Source: Antedon mediterranea (lineage: Eukaryota > Animalia > Echinodermata). From it: 64,000 bases of DNA. The stretch lies in contig NC_092675.1 of the NCBI RefSeq assembly GCF_964355755.1, positions 16,216,912 to 16,280,911 of the forward strand, in the 5' to 3' direction. This document shows, piece by piece, positions 11,801 to 25,354 of this stretch; the stretch's first letter is position 1, and each line of letters opens with the position of its first letter. The notes beneath the pieces were generated by a model. It was not told the origin of the DNA. It saw nothing but the letters and a program-made list of their open reading frames with translations, and made no database searches. The translations under genes and the position numbers were made by a program.

Positions 11801-14800
11801 ATACACAGTACTGTATATTATTTAATCTGTGGGCCTACGTCCATATGTGTGAAAGAGTGTTTCCATAGGTTTATTTATTCTGTATTTTAATGCCCACCTT
11901 GATTTTGAAAAGTACAGAAGAAAATATACAATTCAACGATGTTATGTTCTTATTTGCCGTGACGTCATTTGATTGGCTCCAAGATATAGTATAAATGGTT
12001 ATATTATCCTTTTAGTTCTTAGAAGAAAACTTTGGAATGGACTTTCTGTAGAAAAATGCATTTCGTAGTACAAATGGGGCTTTATTCTTTGTACATACTG
12101 GAGAAACATCGGTAGCTTCGTAAAACAAGGTTCTTTCATTCAGACATACTCTTGTGTTGAAGACGAACTTATTTTTCAGAAACTAAGAAAGGCTATAACG
12201 TCACAAAGGTGATTAACTACGATAACTGCAAAACCCGCAGCTTGTTAACTACTACTTCAGTGCGAGGATTTAAATGTGCACGTTGTAACGACCAAAATCT
12301 ACTTAAGTCAGATGGACTCATTCGACAGAACATCATACGAGAACAAGATGGAGACGTGATTGAATCCGTCATTGCAGAAGGTCAGCATGTCTTTACTCCT
12401 TACAGAACTGAGGATGGAGGAATTGTGACATTTATTAAGTATGTATGAACATTGTCCATCGTATGTGTTATTGCATAATGTTAATAACATTAATAATATT
12501 TTCTTTCTTTCTCTTGTAACGGGAAAAACACTGGGTTAGAGTTAGGCTACGACCAGGTCATAAAACAAAATGAATGATACAGTTATAGAACAAAAAATAG
12601 ATTAATAAAAACCGTAAGGTGTTATTTAAAGTAAGAAATGAAAATCAGCCATACAATAAGACAATCAGTAAATCAATTAGTTAAAACTAGAACTCACGTT
12701 TGAAACTCGGAGACTTTGCTTCTATTATTAAAAAAAACTATATAATAATAATAATCATTATTTTTACGATAGACAAATGTTAAGGCTAACAATTTTAGAA
12801 CGAGAAGACATTCAACCGGATCAATTAATTCCGGAACCAGAAAATAAACAGCTAAAGGGAGGACTGAAATATGTCTTCCAAAAGACATCAGAGGAGGAAG
12901 ACCTGTCGAATGACATTAATGATGTAACGTCAACAAATACAGAGGTATGGTTTTGCCATTTTGTTGCGTACGCGCATTATTCCTATTTTGTGTCATGTGG
13001 TCACAGTATGTATATCCAGAATTTTGAGTGGAGAAAAATATAGTGCTATAATGTATAATCATTACTTCTCTGTAGCTGATACAATATATAATATAGTGTG
13101 GTGTGGTGTGGTGCTGTAAAAAACTGTAGACATAGATAGTAAAATCTAGTAATAGTAATTTGTGGGTGTTGGAATATAATTTAGTAAGTGTTATTATTTT
13201 GATTAATACAGGTAATTCACTTATTAAAACTACTATCTGAAAGTGTTCTTAAAAACGAGCTCACAAAAGCTACTCCAGAATTCTTTCTACAATTGATCCA
13301 ACGTCTTAGAAAATGCACTCTTGTGGAGTTACAGAATATAATGGAGGAGTTTGAAGAGGAACTTCCTCATTTTAAAGATCAAAAACGTATTACTGATAAA
13401 GATCTATACGACTTGGAGAAAAAGATGAAGATACAATCGCGGTATGTAACAATTATACTTTGGAACATAGTTCAATGTTGAGTACAGTATCGATGTGTGT
13501 AATTAAGCTTGTAATATACATTATATATCATAATGTGCTGTTTATTCGAAACATATTATTATACCGTGTATAATATAAGGCACTGACACAGCAAATGTGG
13601 GGGCCGTGTTGATCAATTTGACCCTTTGGCACTACCATCTTTGTACCACCTAAAGCAGTATGTCAAATAATTTATTCCAAAAATCTCTGATCAATGAAAT
13701 CTAACAACAGGATGCTGAGTTCCGGAGATATAAGAGTGTGTGTGTGTTTGCGACACGATCAGCTCTACACCCCCTAAACCTTTTGACTAATTTCGATTGG
13801 CCAATTGGCTTTTTCAAAATGTGTGAACAACGACAACGCGCCGCAGATATTGTAGGCCTACATAGTACAATAGGCCTACATAGTACAATAGGCCTACTGT
13901 TGGTATTTGTCGCAGCCAGACAAACTTTTACGAGTTTCTATCTTGACAATGCGAGCTCGGCGTTAGATTGCCTTTCTCTGATCTTGTTTTATTTCGTTAT
14001 TGTTGGTTTAGGAGGTTTTTGCATGATGCTCTACCACTTGTCAGCACCATATCTTCAAATTCCTTGATAAAGACACTTATTGAGGAAAAGAAAATCACAG
14101 GAGAAGCAGCCATCCAGATTCTTTCATCCACAGCTCTAACGGCAAAACCAACACAACAGTTTGTTAATAAAACTCGGGTACATCTTATCCATTTATTTGT
14201 TTATGTTTTTTTAAATATCGTTTGTGAATAGAATAGTTTGGTTGATATTAAATGTTAAGAGATAATGAATATAATCTTCAACAATCTTCAATCAGATCAA
14301 GCGTTGCCTTTTTTAGTTAAGCTTTTTGTTTCCGTACTAATATTAAGTATGACTGTTCGTTGTTAGGAACTTTGTACAAGTAAAGCTGTGATAGCAAACA
14401 TCCAGTTAAGAGCAACCTGCTTACTGTCATTTGGTTCACTGGTGAATACACTCTGTACTGGCGAACAACAACAAAGAAATTGCCAAGCTTGGATTCGTGA
14501 GTCCCATAAAGAGGTAAATATACGCCGTCAGCTGTGGGGGTTTTTACCGCTAAAGATAGCTCCGGAAGAGAGATAGCAATTATCTATTCATAAGTCTAAG
14601 AGTGTAGTTTTGTGAAGAGATTTGAACCAGGGATCGGTAGCCTGAGGACCTAAACCACCAAGCTACAACTCATTTCCTCTTTTAGTTTTATTAACCGGGT
14701 CCAACTCTTTTAGTTGTAGGCTTATGTATTATAACTTTTTTATATTTTTTTTATAGTTTTTGTTGACCGGAATTCAGCTAAGCCAGCCGAGACACGTACA

Positions 14801-17800
14801 GTTGATGCACCTGAAAGCTATTGGGAATGCGGGGATGTCGGAGACAATTAACGATCTCCAACAGCTAATTGAAAGTACCAATGCGGATGTTGAGCTAAGA
14901 GTTACTGCTGTGTATGCTTTACGCCGTATGACAATTTTACAACAAAACAAGGTAAACATTATTCTGTTTGGTGACAGTAGTTAAGAATGTTATTTTTAGT
15001 CGCATGCAACGCGACTCTACAGTTCACTATGTCGGTCGGTTGGTCAGTCGGTCGGTCTGTTGGTCGGTAAACACTAACTAAAATTTGAGCACGCGACTGC
15101 AGCCATGTATATGGCCTTGTTTATTTTATTCTACTTCTTTTGAGCTGAAGAATCCGTATGGTTAAGGGGTATATCGGTATTTCTGTCTGTCTATTTGAAA
15201 GTGTCCATTAATTAGTAATGTTCCTATCATTTCATATCAGTTTATTATTTCAAATATCGTTTGACAAAGCAGGGAAAAGTATAACTAGAATTTAAGAAAA
15301 CTTTAAGAGAAAAAAGATCTATAATGATAACGATATTTTAAAATTGCTTCGTATAAAAGTATACAATTAGGCAGTTCCTTATAATTTGTCTATAAAAAAA
15401 CTTTAATAATCATTTTACCCAATAAAAAGGCATTTAAATTTCAGATTCGTACTATTCTTCTTCCGATATTTTTGAATCAAAGAATTGCAGTTGAATTGCG
15501 CATCGCAGCATACTACATCTTAATGGAAACCAAGCCCGATTTGGCCATTGTTCAGATGATTGCCGAATCTCTCCGTAAAGAAAATAGCAACCAAGTTGGA
15601 AGTTTCGTCTTCTCTCATTTAACTAGTCTAAGTAACTCAACGATACCGTGCAACAACGAAATGTAAGGTTTAATATTGAACACATGGTGATAATTACTAA
15701 GGTTTATATTAAAGGTCACAAATTATAACTGAAATTACACAGGTCGAACTTTAGCTTCTATTTACCGAAGATTGGCACTGCATTATTATAACTTCGCCTC
15801 AAATTCAAATGTCTTGTGTACAAGGGGTATATAGCCTACTATCGAAGGATACAAAGTTGAATTCTATATTTTATTAACTTTAAGAACACTTAAGATAAAA
15901 AAACTTTAAGAACACTTTTTTTATCATCAGTTCTGCAATTGCAAAACAAGTTCTTCGATATTCTAAACCTTTTCGAAATGGAGCACAATTCTCAAAGCAT
16001 ATTCCTATTGGCAAGATGTCTGGTGAGTTTTTTTTATTTAGCATTTGTTTTAGTTATGCCGATAACATACATTTTGATACTTCTGCTCTTTCTTCTGTCT
16101 TTTATTCCATTTGTTCATTGATGCCTTCGGCATTTAATTGTAAACTCCGTCGTTAGAACATAAAATGTTATGAGTATATCTCTTCTTTTTGTACCAATAC
16201 AGTACAGTATTATTTCTTATTTCAAAAAGATATTGGTAATTTTAGGCCGTATTCACCAATCACACTTAAGTGAGGTGTTTCCCTTAAACATTAAGTATCT
16301 TACTTAACTCAATAAATATTTAAGTATTTCCCTTAAATTTTATTCACTTAGATGGGAGGTTTTTTTAATTTTAAGGGTGTTTTCCTTAGCCTAAGTGTGA
16401 ATGGGGAATACGGCCACTGAGCTTTAGTTCAGAGACACATCGCAGTGCCAATCATAATGCCATATACATAATATAATATAGTAGGCATGTTATTGGTCAT
16501 AGTCAAAATCCGGGGATCAGGCAGATCAACCAATGTTTCGTCTTTCTATATTTTTTAAACAATTTTTATAAATGATAAGAACTATTGTTACTTTCTTATT
16601 TAGATGATTTGAAATTAGGAGCCTTCTTAGAGATTAACCATATCGGCCAAAAAGCTGCGCCATTCCCATTGTCAATGAATGCTAAACTGAGTGCTAACAT
16701 CCTAGGCTACCAAACTAGCATCGCAGAAGCAGGAATGCGTACCGAGTCTCTTCACTATATTTTAAACAATATTTTTGGCACTGCGACCAAGAGCAATGCT
16801 ATCAAGAAATGGATAGATGACCTGGTATGATTTGTTTTATGTTTAAGACCATAATTACTTAATGATATATTGTCCCCCCGAAAAAAATTATTTTTTTAAA
16901 TGTTTTTTTAATACGCAATTGTAATGTCACATAATAGTTATCCACTTCAACCAAACATTTGATAGAAAAAGAAAGTGATTGGCCTATTCAAAGTCTTTTT
17001 TTTTTTATTAATCATCTTTTTTCATGCTTTTGGAGGACCCTCTTGTTGGAGCCTACCTTAATTCATTTATCTTTATACGTTTTTACCAGGTTCCAGTGGA
17101 AGCCCGAGATAAGGTTCCAGATCCTAAATTCCTTGGTTACCTGAAAATATTTGGAAGGGAAATTCGATTTGCATCACTTGACAAGCTCATATTTGATTCT
17201 ATTACGAAAAAGGGTTTGACAGCACACTACACTATCAAACTATTTTGACCAAAAAAAAGTGTGATGTGCATAAATAGTGTTATGGCCAAATATGGTAGTG
17301 GAATGAACATCATCAGGTCCATGGGCACATCACATTTTGTTGTCACATATAGTTTGATAGTGTAGACAGAACTTTATAGTACGTCATAGAACATACCATA
17401 CAATCTATAGATTAAATTTAGATAAAGTGAATTATCAATAAGTTTTAGGTTTTTTGGGGTAACTACGTAAAATTTACAATAGTTTGAATCGTTCGAGTTA
17501 AATTTGTTGTGTTATAAACAATAATTTTAATATATATTTAATAGATTTCAACTTGTTGAAAATAATCGAAACAAAACTTAAGAAGCTTACCGAGCAATTG
17601 GATCTTCAGAAAGCTTTTGTGCTGTTTGAGGGTACGCACCAGATAGCCTCAGAGCTTGGACTTCCATTGGCTCTCAACATCACATCTGCTGGTGTTATGA
17701 CTGTCAATTATGTTGGCCGTATTGCTGCCCGACCCCCTTTGTCTGAAATACTTCGTGGTCAAGCGATCCCTAAAAGTTTAGTAATTGAAGGAGCCATCAA

Positions 17801-20800
17801 ACCAAGGTACGATGTTTTTTTATTGTTATATTCAAACAGTATTTTGTGTTTCTACTTCGGCACTATTTTAACTTTGAAATGAGATTCGGCATTATTATGA
17901 ATCTCGAGTTAAAGATGTATTTAACAAAAAAACCATTAACTGGCAGCCAATTTGACTAGTTTTTGCTTTAATTTTTTCGGGTAAATACATTTTTTTTTCG
18001 ATCCAATTTTTGGTCAAAGTGGATAACTATTAGGCCTTACGTGAAATAAAAATGGCATATTCAACAAAAATTGTTTTAAGAAATATTTTTTAGGCGAACA
18101 ATACATCTTTCAATGTTTATAATTTCCACTTGTCCTCATAGGTTGGCTTTAAAAATGACGGGAAAGATGGGAGTGGATTCTATTATATTGAAAACAGGGG
18201 TTGCCATCGACGCAAATGCGAACGTTAATTTACCAATAAATGGAAAACTAAAGGTTGACCTTTCCGAAGGAATCTATGATGTTAAGGTCAAAACGCCCTC
18301 AGAAAACAGACAACTTGTAATACTTCAAACTAAACCATACACATTCAAAGAAGAAGAAAAAGAAGATGTAAGTCTCATTATGATAAAGATGACCCAGTGT
18401 ACTAATAGAACATCAATGTAATAATAATTATTTCCTAAATAATCACTCGTTAATTATAATTATCACGTCATCTGTCGTCAATTCACCACTAACTTATAAA
18501 TAACGAACTCATCAATTACCCAAGTATTGCTTTGTCGTTTGTATCCTATTTGTTTTTATAAAAATTCAATTGCTTTTCTACCTCTTCTACCCATTTTTAG
18601 GCTTTTTAACAAACAAATTAAAAAAAAACATTATAACAATATTTTCCACGAGACTATAATAAGTATAGATATTTAATAATACATTTTTAGTGGGGTTTTT
18701 TTTAGTATATGTTTCACTGCAGGATTACTTATAAGATTTGCAATATAATAATGGTGTAATTAAACATTTTTACAGATTACAACATATAGAAATGAGGTGA
18801 AGAAACCAATTGAAGGACAACTTATCAAAAGAAAGCCATGCATTGTAAGAAAAAAAGAATTATCACATACATAGCATAATAAACAAACATATCAATGAGA
18901 ATTGTGTTAAACAGGTACTTTTAGTTCATTTTTTCAAATTCAACAAAATCAATATTTTTACAGAAGGCTATCAGTGTGGGTAAAGAAAGTATTGGTGTTG
19001 AGATAGAAGTGAGAAGTAAGTGGATCTCCTCTACTGGCGTACCATCTGCCCCGCGGTTCCCGTTATCTGGACCAGTTGACTTTAACATCACTACTCGGAG
19101 TGGAGTAAATCGACCAGAAGAGTATTCAATCACTTTAGAAGTATCCACTGTTAATGTATCATCAGAATTTATCAAAGAATCGATGGAGATTAACACATTT
19201 AGACAATGGATCACATCCAGCTCAAGTAGCTTGGAACAGAATGAGTACGTCTCATATTTGGATACATACCGTAATCATAAAAGTATGCCATTTCTATTAA
19301 AATTGCCTAGTCGCAAATACTCAGGCAACATACACTAGGTGTTCGGAATATCAGTCTTTATACACTAAAATAAGCTAAATAGTAAAAGAATACTGAAAGT
19401 AACTATGCCCTGTATGACAAATATGGTTGATGGATTGTTTTATATAAGTTTTTGATTTTATTTTAGGGGACTAGAGAGTAAAAGTAATGAAGACGAATGG
19501 ACATTTGTTCCAGCCTGGATAGGTACTATTATAGAAAAGGCTAAGGAAAAAATCATGTGTGAGATTTCTTCAAAAAGCACAGGTCGCAGTGGACGGTTAG
19601 AACTTGATGATAGAAAGTTAAGTAGGAGTAATGAAGAAAGAGCAGATTCGAAACTGGCTATTAGGTTACTTGTCACGGTGAGATTCTAAAACAGTGTTTT
19701 TCTTTTTAAATTAAACTTTAATTAAATGAAAATGGTTGAGAGACGCGTTTTCAGACAGGTAAGAATAATGTGTTTTGTCCTACAACAGAGCAGAACATTG
19801 AGTTAGGCTAAAGCTCTGTCTACACTACCAAACTACAGTGGTTGACAAATATGATATGCCCAAATATGGTAGTGAAATGACAATCATGTCGATATATGGG
19901 TAGGCCTACATCACATCAAGTTTGATAGTGTATACAGAGCTTTACACATTGTGAAATTTAAAAAGCAATAGGCCCTAATATATAGTAATTATACTATTAA
20001 ACATGTTGAGCAGATTGTTGGCATCCACGAAGAAAGAACAGAATTACAGCGAAAGATTGTCGCAGAGTTACTAATCAATGGCAATGAAGAAGGTTTTAAG
20101 ACCGTTACCATGGAACTTGTGCAGTCACCAACAAAAGCTGGAGAGATACCGCTGAAGGTAATTTTTATCTGGAGTGCCATGCAAAAATAAGATTATTCTT
20201 GGCTTTATATTCGCATTTGATTTCTGATTGAAATAACATTCCGTAATGATTTGAAACACAACATACAGATAAATCTATTTAAAAAGTGGGAAATACAATT
20301 TGATGTGATTGTGGTTGTTAAGATTAGTACAACGTTTGTTATTTTCAGTTGTGTATGCAGAATGAAATTCTTTTCCCAGCTCCAGACTTCGTTATTCCTG
20401 ATAATTTAAAGAGCTCCTCTTCTGGTTCTGGTAGTGATGCGTCAAAATCTGGAGAATCTTGGTCTGATTCAAGCGAAGAGATGAAACACCTCAGCCTTGA
20501 TGAAAGGTTACGCATCATGACAAAACAAGTCCGTAGCAAGTTGAACATTCAATGGGGCGTTAGTTGTATCAACGATAAGAAACTCGAAATTAAGGTATTT
20601 ATATAATTTACCAGCCCTAAAATTAAATGTATTTTACTATGCAATTGTTACATTCTACATGGTCTGTAGGCTTTAACAATAATTAACATGATGAAGGCTA
20701 TGTTGAATCTTTATATGATAAACAGTGAATATCCTCCTACAAAAGACAAACAATTAATACATTATTTCTCTTTCTAGGCTCGTTTTGAACAAAGCCAGAT

Positions 20801-23800
20801 GCAGCGTCAAGAACTTAAGGACAAGTTAAACCCGGTTCGAATCCAGTGTAATAAGGATCGCTCAGACGGGCTTCGATTCAGTCCCGCATGTCTAGAAATT
20901 ATCAAACAAGAGAATGAACTTCGTTCAATGCACGTTATGATGACATATGTCAACGTGAGAAAAATTATATAACTATCTATTTTAATACAGTATAATGGAA
21001 GATATGTTGCGTCCGTACCTATTTTTAATCTATTTTTTAACTATCTCAATATCAATATACACTTTCGAACGCCACGAAAATTGCATATACATTAAATATT
21101 CGATGGATAATGTAACTAGAGAAAACATTTTGTTATTGTTGGATGGGTGTGCTTACATACTCGTCACCATTAATCATAATGACGTCATTCATTTTACAGA
21201 TACCTCTATGGTACAGGATAATGTATTCTAAGATGATCTTACTTTTTGAAAAAGAAACAATGGACAATTTGGTGATCGATACCGTTGATCAAAAGAACAA
21301 AGGAGGAACGGTATATCCATGTTTATTATAACAATAATTTTGGTGGAATAATGTTTTATATAATAATAGGCCTAATGCCTATACAGTGAATACAAGTGTG
21401 GTTCAAACATTTTGTATAAAATTAATATGAAAAATAAGGACTATTTTGTAATCTTGTATTTAGGTTTTGATATCTGGGGCTATTGACAAGACTCATACAA
21501 AGATGGATTTAGTCATCAAGCATCCTTACAAAACCCTCACATGGCATGATGTATCGCTTCCAGTTCATCTAGAGCCGCTCTCAGCACGTTACAGTCTGAT
21601 TAGCCAGTACAGGCAGAGAATGTTCAACAACAAATTTCCGCGTGAGTTTTAGTTACGATAGTTAGGTATTCAACCGGGTCCTATTTTAATTATTATTTTA
21701 ATTTAGAAAATGTATAGTTTATATTGATATAATTTAGAAATAGTAGGTAGGCATAATAAATTCATACCTGTGCCGGATTATCAACATCACTATATATTAC
21801 AGCAACAACATATTTCAATTTATTATTTAGCTACGTGTAAGGTGGTAAAAGATCAAGTCAAAACTTTTGATGACCTAGAATACAACTATAATATCACCAC
21901 ATGCCCTCATATTCTTGCCAAAGACTGTTCATCGTCTGGTCTTTACACGGTCACCGCTCGCAGAAGTCCAGTTCATTCAGACAAGAAGGTGAGTTTTATC
22001 ATTGTATAGTTCTGTTCTTGGAATAACTGACAGTTCCCATTTAGCAATTGAGATTAAGCTTTATCTTCCCTGACATTGTGGAATGATGATTGTTGATTAC
22101 AATTTATGGTTACAATGAACAATAATGAGGAAAACATACAGTCGACAAAGTGTAATAATCTAACCTCATTTCCCTGTAAGGCATTTTATAGTTTAATTTC
22201 CTCATTACAAGACAGTGATCAATTTGTTTATACCATTTACTTTTCTTCTCTTTAAAAGGAAGTCATGATCCTCACTGAAGGAAATACCATTGAACTTAAA
22301 CCTCATAGTGACGTTGATAATGCAGATATCATCGTGATTGTGGATGCCATCCCCTTGGAGATCAGAAACAACCAGCAGATAACTATTTTCAGTAACGGTA
22401 AAATACTTACAGAGACCATTTTTCCACATATGGATAAAATAGAGGTCTTGAGGAAAAAGCCGTCTCCCATCACCGGATCAGCAAGCAGTGAGGAACGTCA
22501 CATAGAAGAAATCATGGTGGAAGAACTAGCCACAATTTCATTTCAAGACACTATGTCTAACTTAGATGTTATAAAATCTTCTGGAGTGACTAGGCCTACT
22601 ACTCAATTACATCCTACAGTCACACCTGAAACTGTAAAATCCTCTGTAGAACCTTCACTAAAGCCAAATGTCGACAGTGAGTCAGCCGACTCGTTAAGCA
22701 TGAGCAGAGAACGCCATGAGGAACGTGAAATAGACAGCGAAGAACGCAAATATTGGCAAGATTTTAAGATTCGAATGGAAACAATGAAAGCTGTCAACAG
22801 AACCGATTTTGGTCGAGTCGATCACGTTATCAGAAAAACAAATGATACGGTTGAAGTTGAGTGTGTATCCGTTGGACTGACGATTAAATTCAACCAGAGA
22901 TACATCAAAACTCAAGTAAGAAATCTTTCTTATCTTTTATTTTGGGAGAAGAATATTCTATTATTTTTCAGCTTAATTGATACATTTCTTCACATATCAA
23001 AGACACTTGCACATTTTTGTTAAGAAACAAAACTATTTGATATATGGCCAAGTTTTATTAATCATTGTTTTGTCATTACAGGTCTCTCCATGGTATCATG
23101 GACTACAGTGTGGTCTCTGTGGTGAATATGATGGTGAGCAAACCAATGATCTCGTGGGGCCAGAGGGGTTGAGTTACGACGACAGCCAGATTTTCGGAAT
23201 TACTTACCGTGTTTCGGATGTCAAACTATGTTCGCTTGTTACAGGTAAGATGTTAACCACTCCATGAACGAATTGTACGAATTACACGCTGTTCTTCACT
23301 CGGGTCGCGGTAAAATGTATCTTTCTAAAGAATATTGAGTATACTTCCCGTATTTCTAAACATTTTAGAAGCCCTGGCAGAGGTACAATGCACTGCAATC
23401 AAATTCAGTAATAAGGTACAGGTACGCGTAGCTACGGTGCTATATAATGATATTATTATTATGTTCTATCAAGGAAATCTAACCACTGGACACTGAGCTC
23501 GCTTTGCCAAGATAGGAACTCGTATGGCTGGTCTTATGTCTGGTTGTGATAAATACTAACAGCAGTGTACTATCCTATTATCCTCGGCGCGCGTTGCATG
23601 TATGTGGAACTGATCGTGTCGCAGCCACAGTTAAACTCTTGATCTCCGAAGCTCAGCATCCGGTTGTTAGATTGCCTCGGTTCTATCCAATAAGAAATAT
23701 CACAAGGTGTATACGCTTTGTGTAGAAACTATTTATACTCTAGCAAAGAACACGTGTAGTAGGCTATAGCATTTCATTGCTTGAAGTTGCCTGCCTATTA

Positions 23801-24108
23801 AGTGTTACGATTTTGTTGTTTTAACAGAAATGTTTGAATGCCTGCCAAAAATGAAAACAATCGTCATAGATGATGTCATTTTAGACAATGTTGAATCAAC
23901 CTGTTTCTCCAAGATACCAGTACCAAGATGTGATTCATGCACTCCGACTAAACGTCATCAAGAACTAATTGAGTTTAGTTGTCTTGAGAAGAATAGTGGA
24001 ACGCGTTACATGACAGAAAGAGCAGAGAATGAGGTTATTACCAAGGTTTCGTATCTTAAGACAGATATTGTTTCCGTCGTTGATACCCAGCTGAAATGCG
24101 TTAAATAA
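8811..24108 (+). CDS. vtg: Vitellogenin (large lipid transfer protein: signal peptide, Vitellogenin_N, DUF1943-like region, C-terminal vWF-D), ~29 exons
   Basis: Exon 1 (8811-8865) encodes signal peptide MRYAVFILLSATIVGLYA. Further motifs: FSPNKVLWYNYEGELLTGIP; NIKRGVLNLLQVNL; EGISGECESQY; LKAIGNAG; ELRIAAYYILM..ENSNQVGSFVFSHL; LGLPL; vWD TCKVVKDQVKTFD..CPHILAKDC and QCGLCGEYDGEQTND. Cys-rich last exon ends at the stop at 24108. Confidence 0.92.
14994..15122 (+). mobile_element. Short HINE/DINE-1-like non-autonomous Helentron
   Basis: TTTTTAGTCGCATGCAACGCGACT 5' palindrome, (GTCG)n microsatellite, subterminal CACGCGACT and 3' hairpin GCCATGTATATGGC-CTTGTT, in a T-rich site. Confidence 0.75.
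16244..16415. mobile_element. MITE
   Basis: TIRs GGCCGTATTCACCAATCACACTTA / TAAGTGTGAATGGGGAATACGGCC. Confidence 0.7.
19812..19941. mobile_element. MITE family B; other copies or fragments ~5950-6003, 17222-17375, 32365-32430, 40226-40385, 46300-46435, 52170-52320, 60042-60175
   Basis: TIRs AGCTCTGTCTACACTA(T/C)CAAACT / AGTTTGATAGTGTAGACAGAGCT with TAA/TTA flanks and an internal GCCCAAATATGGTAGTG unit recurring across the window. Confidence 0.8.
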
Positions 24109-25354
24109 CCGTTACACTTAAACCTATTATATAATAGGTCTACATTACCTTAAAGTAGATTTCAGTTGTTGTTAACCTATAAAGTATAAGTAGCCCTACT
24201 TATGAATTGTGTAGAAATAATGTGACTTTCCATAATCCTAGTTGATTGAGCGTGAGACTCGTCAGCATGTATTTACTCTTTTTTTTTCAAGTAAAATAAT
24301 ATCTATAGGCATATACCTACTAATAAAACACGAAACGTCTACAGAATGGTACCTTCTTATAACCTCTTTATAAGCCTAATCTTCTTCTGCTATGTATAAC
24401 CTGTGCTTCGTCATAAATAAAGAGTATCATGAGGTGGAAAAAAGAACACATTGGTGGTCTATATAGTATCATTGAATATATTTGAGGAAAAAATACGCAC
24501 TATGGATTGAGAAACACTCCCTCCTCCACCACCTCATCCCGGAATTTCTATTTTTTTTTATCCATGGTGCATTTTTTTTGGTATAATTAATGAATACATT
24601 TGTATGCCTATAACCAAAAGTAGTGAGCAATTTGACGTAGCCTACACTAAATAATATTCCAAATTACGCCAGTTGCATATATTAATTAGCTAAGAATAAA
24701 AACAAAAGATTAAAAAATGTATTTAGTACAGTAGACCATGGAGGTATAAAATATTTTATTTTATACCTCCATGGTAGACCGGACTATAATCTATAGAGCG
24801 TTTCACATTGTATTATAAGTAATGGTGGAACTTAACCCTCACTAGATAATACCAGGAAAGAGTAATTTTCTTTCCAGATTATACTCACTTTGTATTTGGT
24901 TCGGTTTATTTTGATTATAATGGAATTAATTATGCATAACTGGTAAAGATTCCAGACTTAAACCTTTTGTTACATACGCTCACTTGGATAAGGATTTGCC
25001 GCCGTCATAACAATGGTAGGAAAGCCAATGTCAACAATGACTTCCAATATATAAGGGTATCAGGTAAGCAGTAAGCAGTGTGAATCCTGGAATGCAACGT
25101 GACACATTTCCGTACCTCATGATCGACAGCAGGAAGTCTAGATTTTGTTCTTTAAACTTACGATGACATTTACTTCCGTCATTATTTCTAGAACGAAAAG
25201 TAACTTCCCATACATGTGATCGGGTACGAAGACAAAACAAAAGGAAACGCTAGTCATATAAAACAAAAAACATAAGTAGGGCCTATCAAATAGATGTGAT
25301 CGTAGTAGAATCATCATTTCAACTGTGTCACTGGAAGCTTTAACAAGTCGTATA

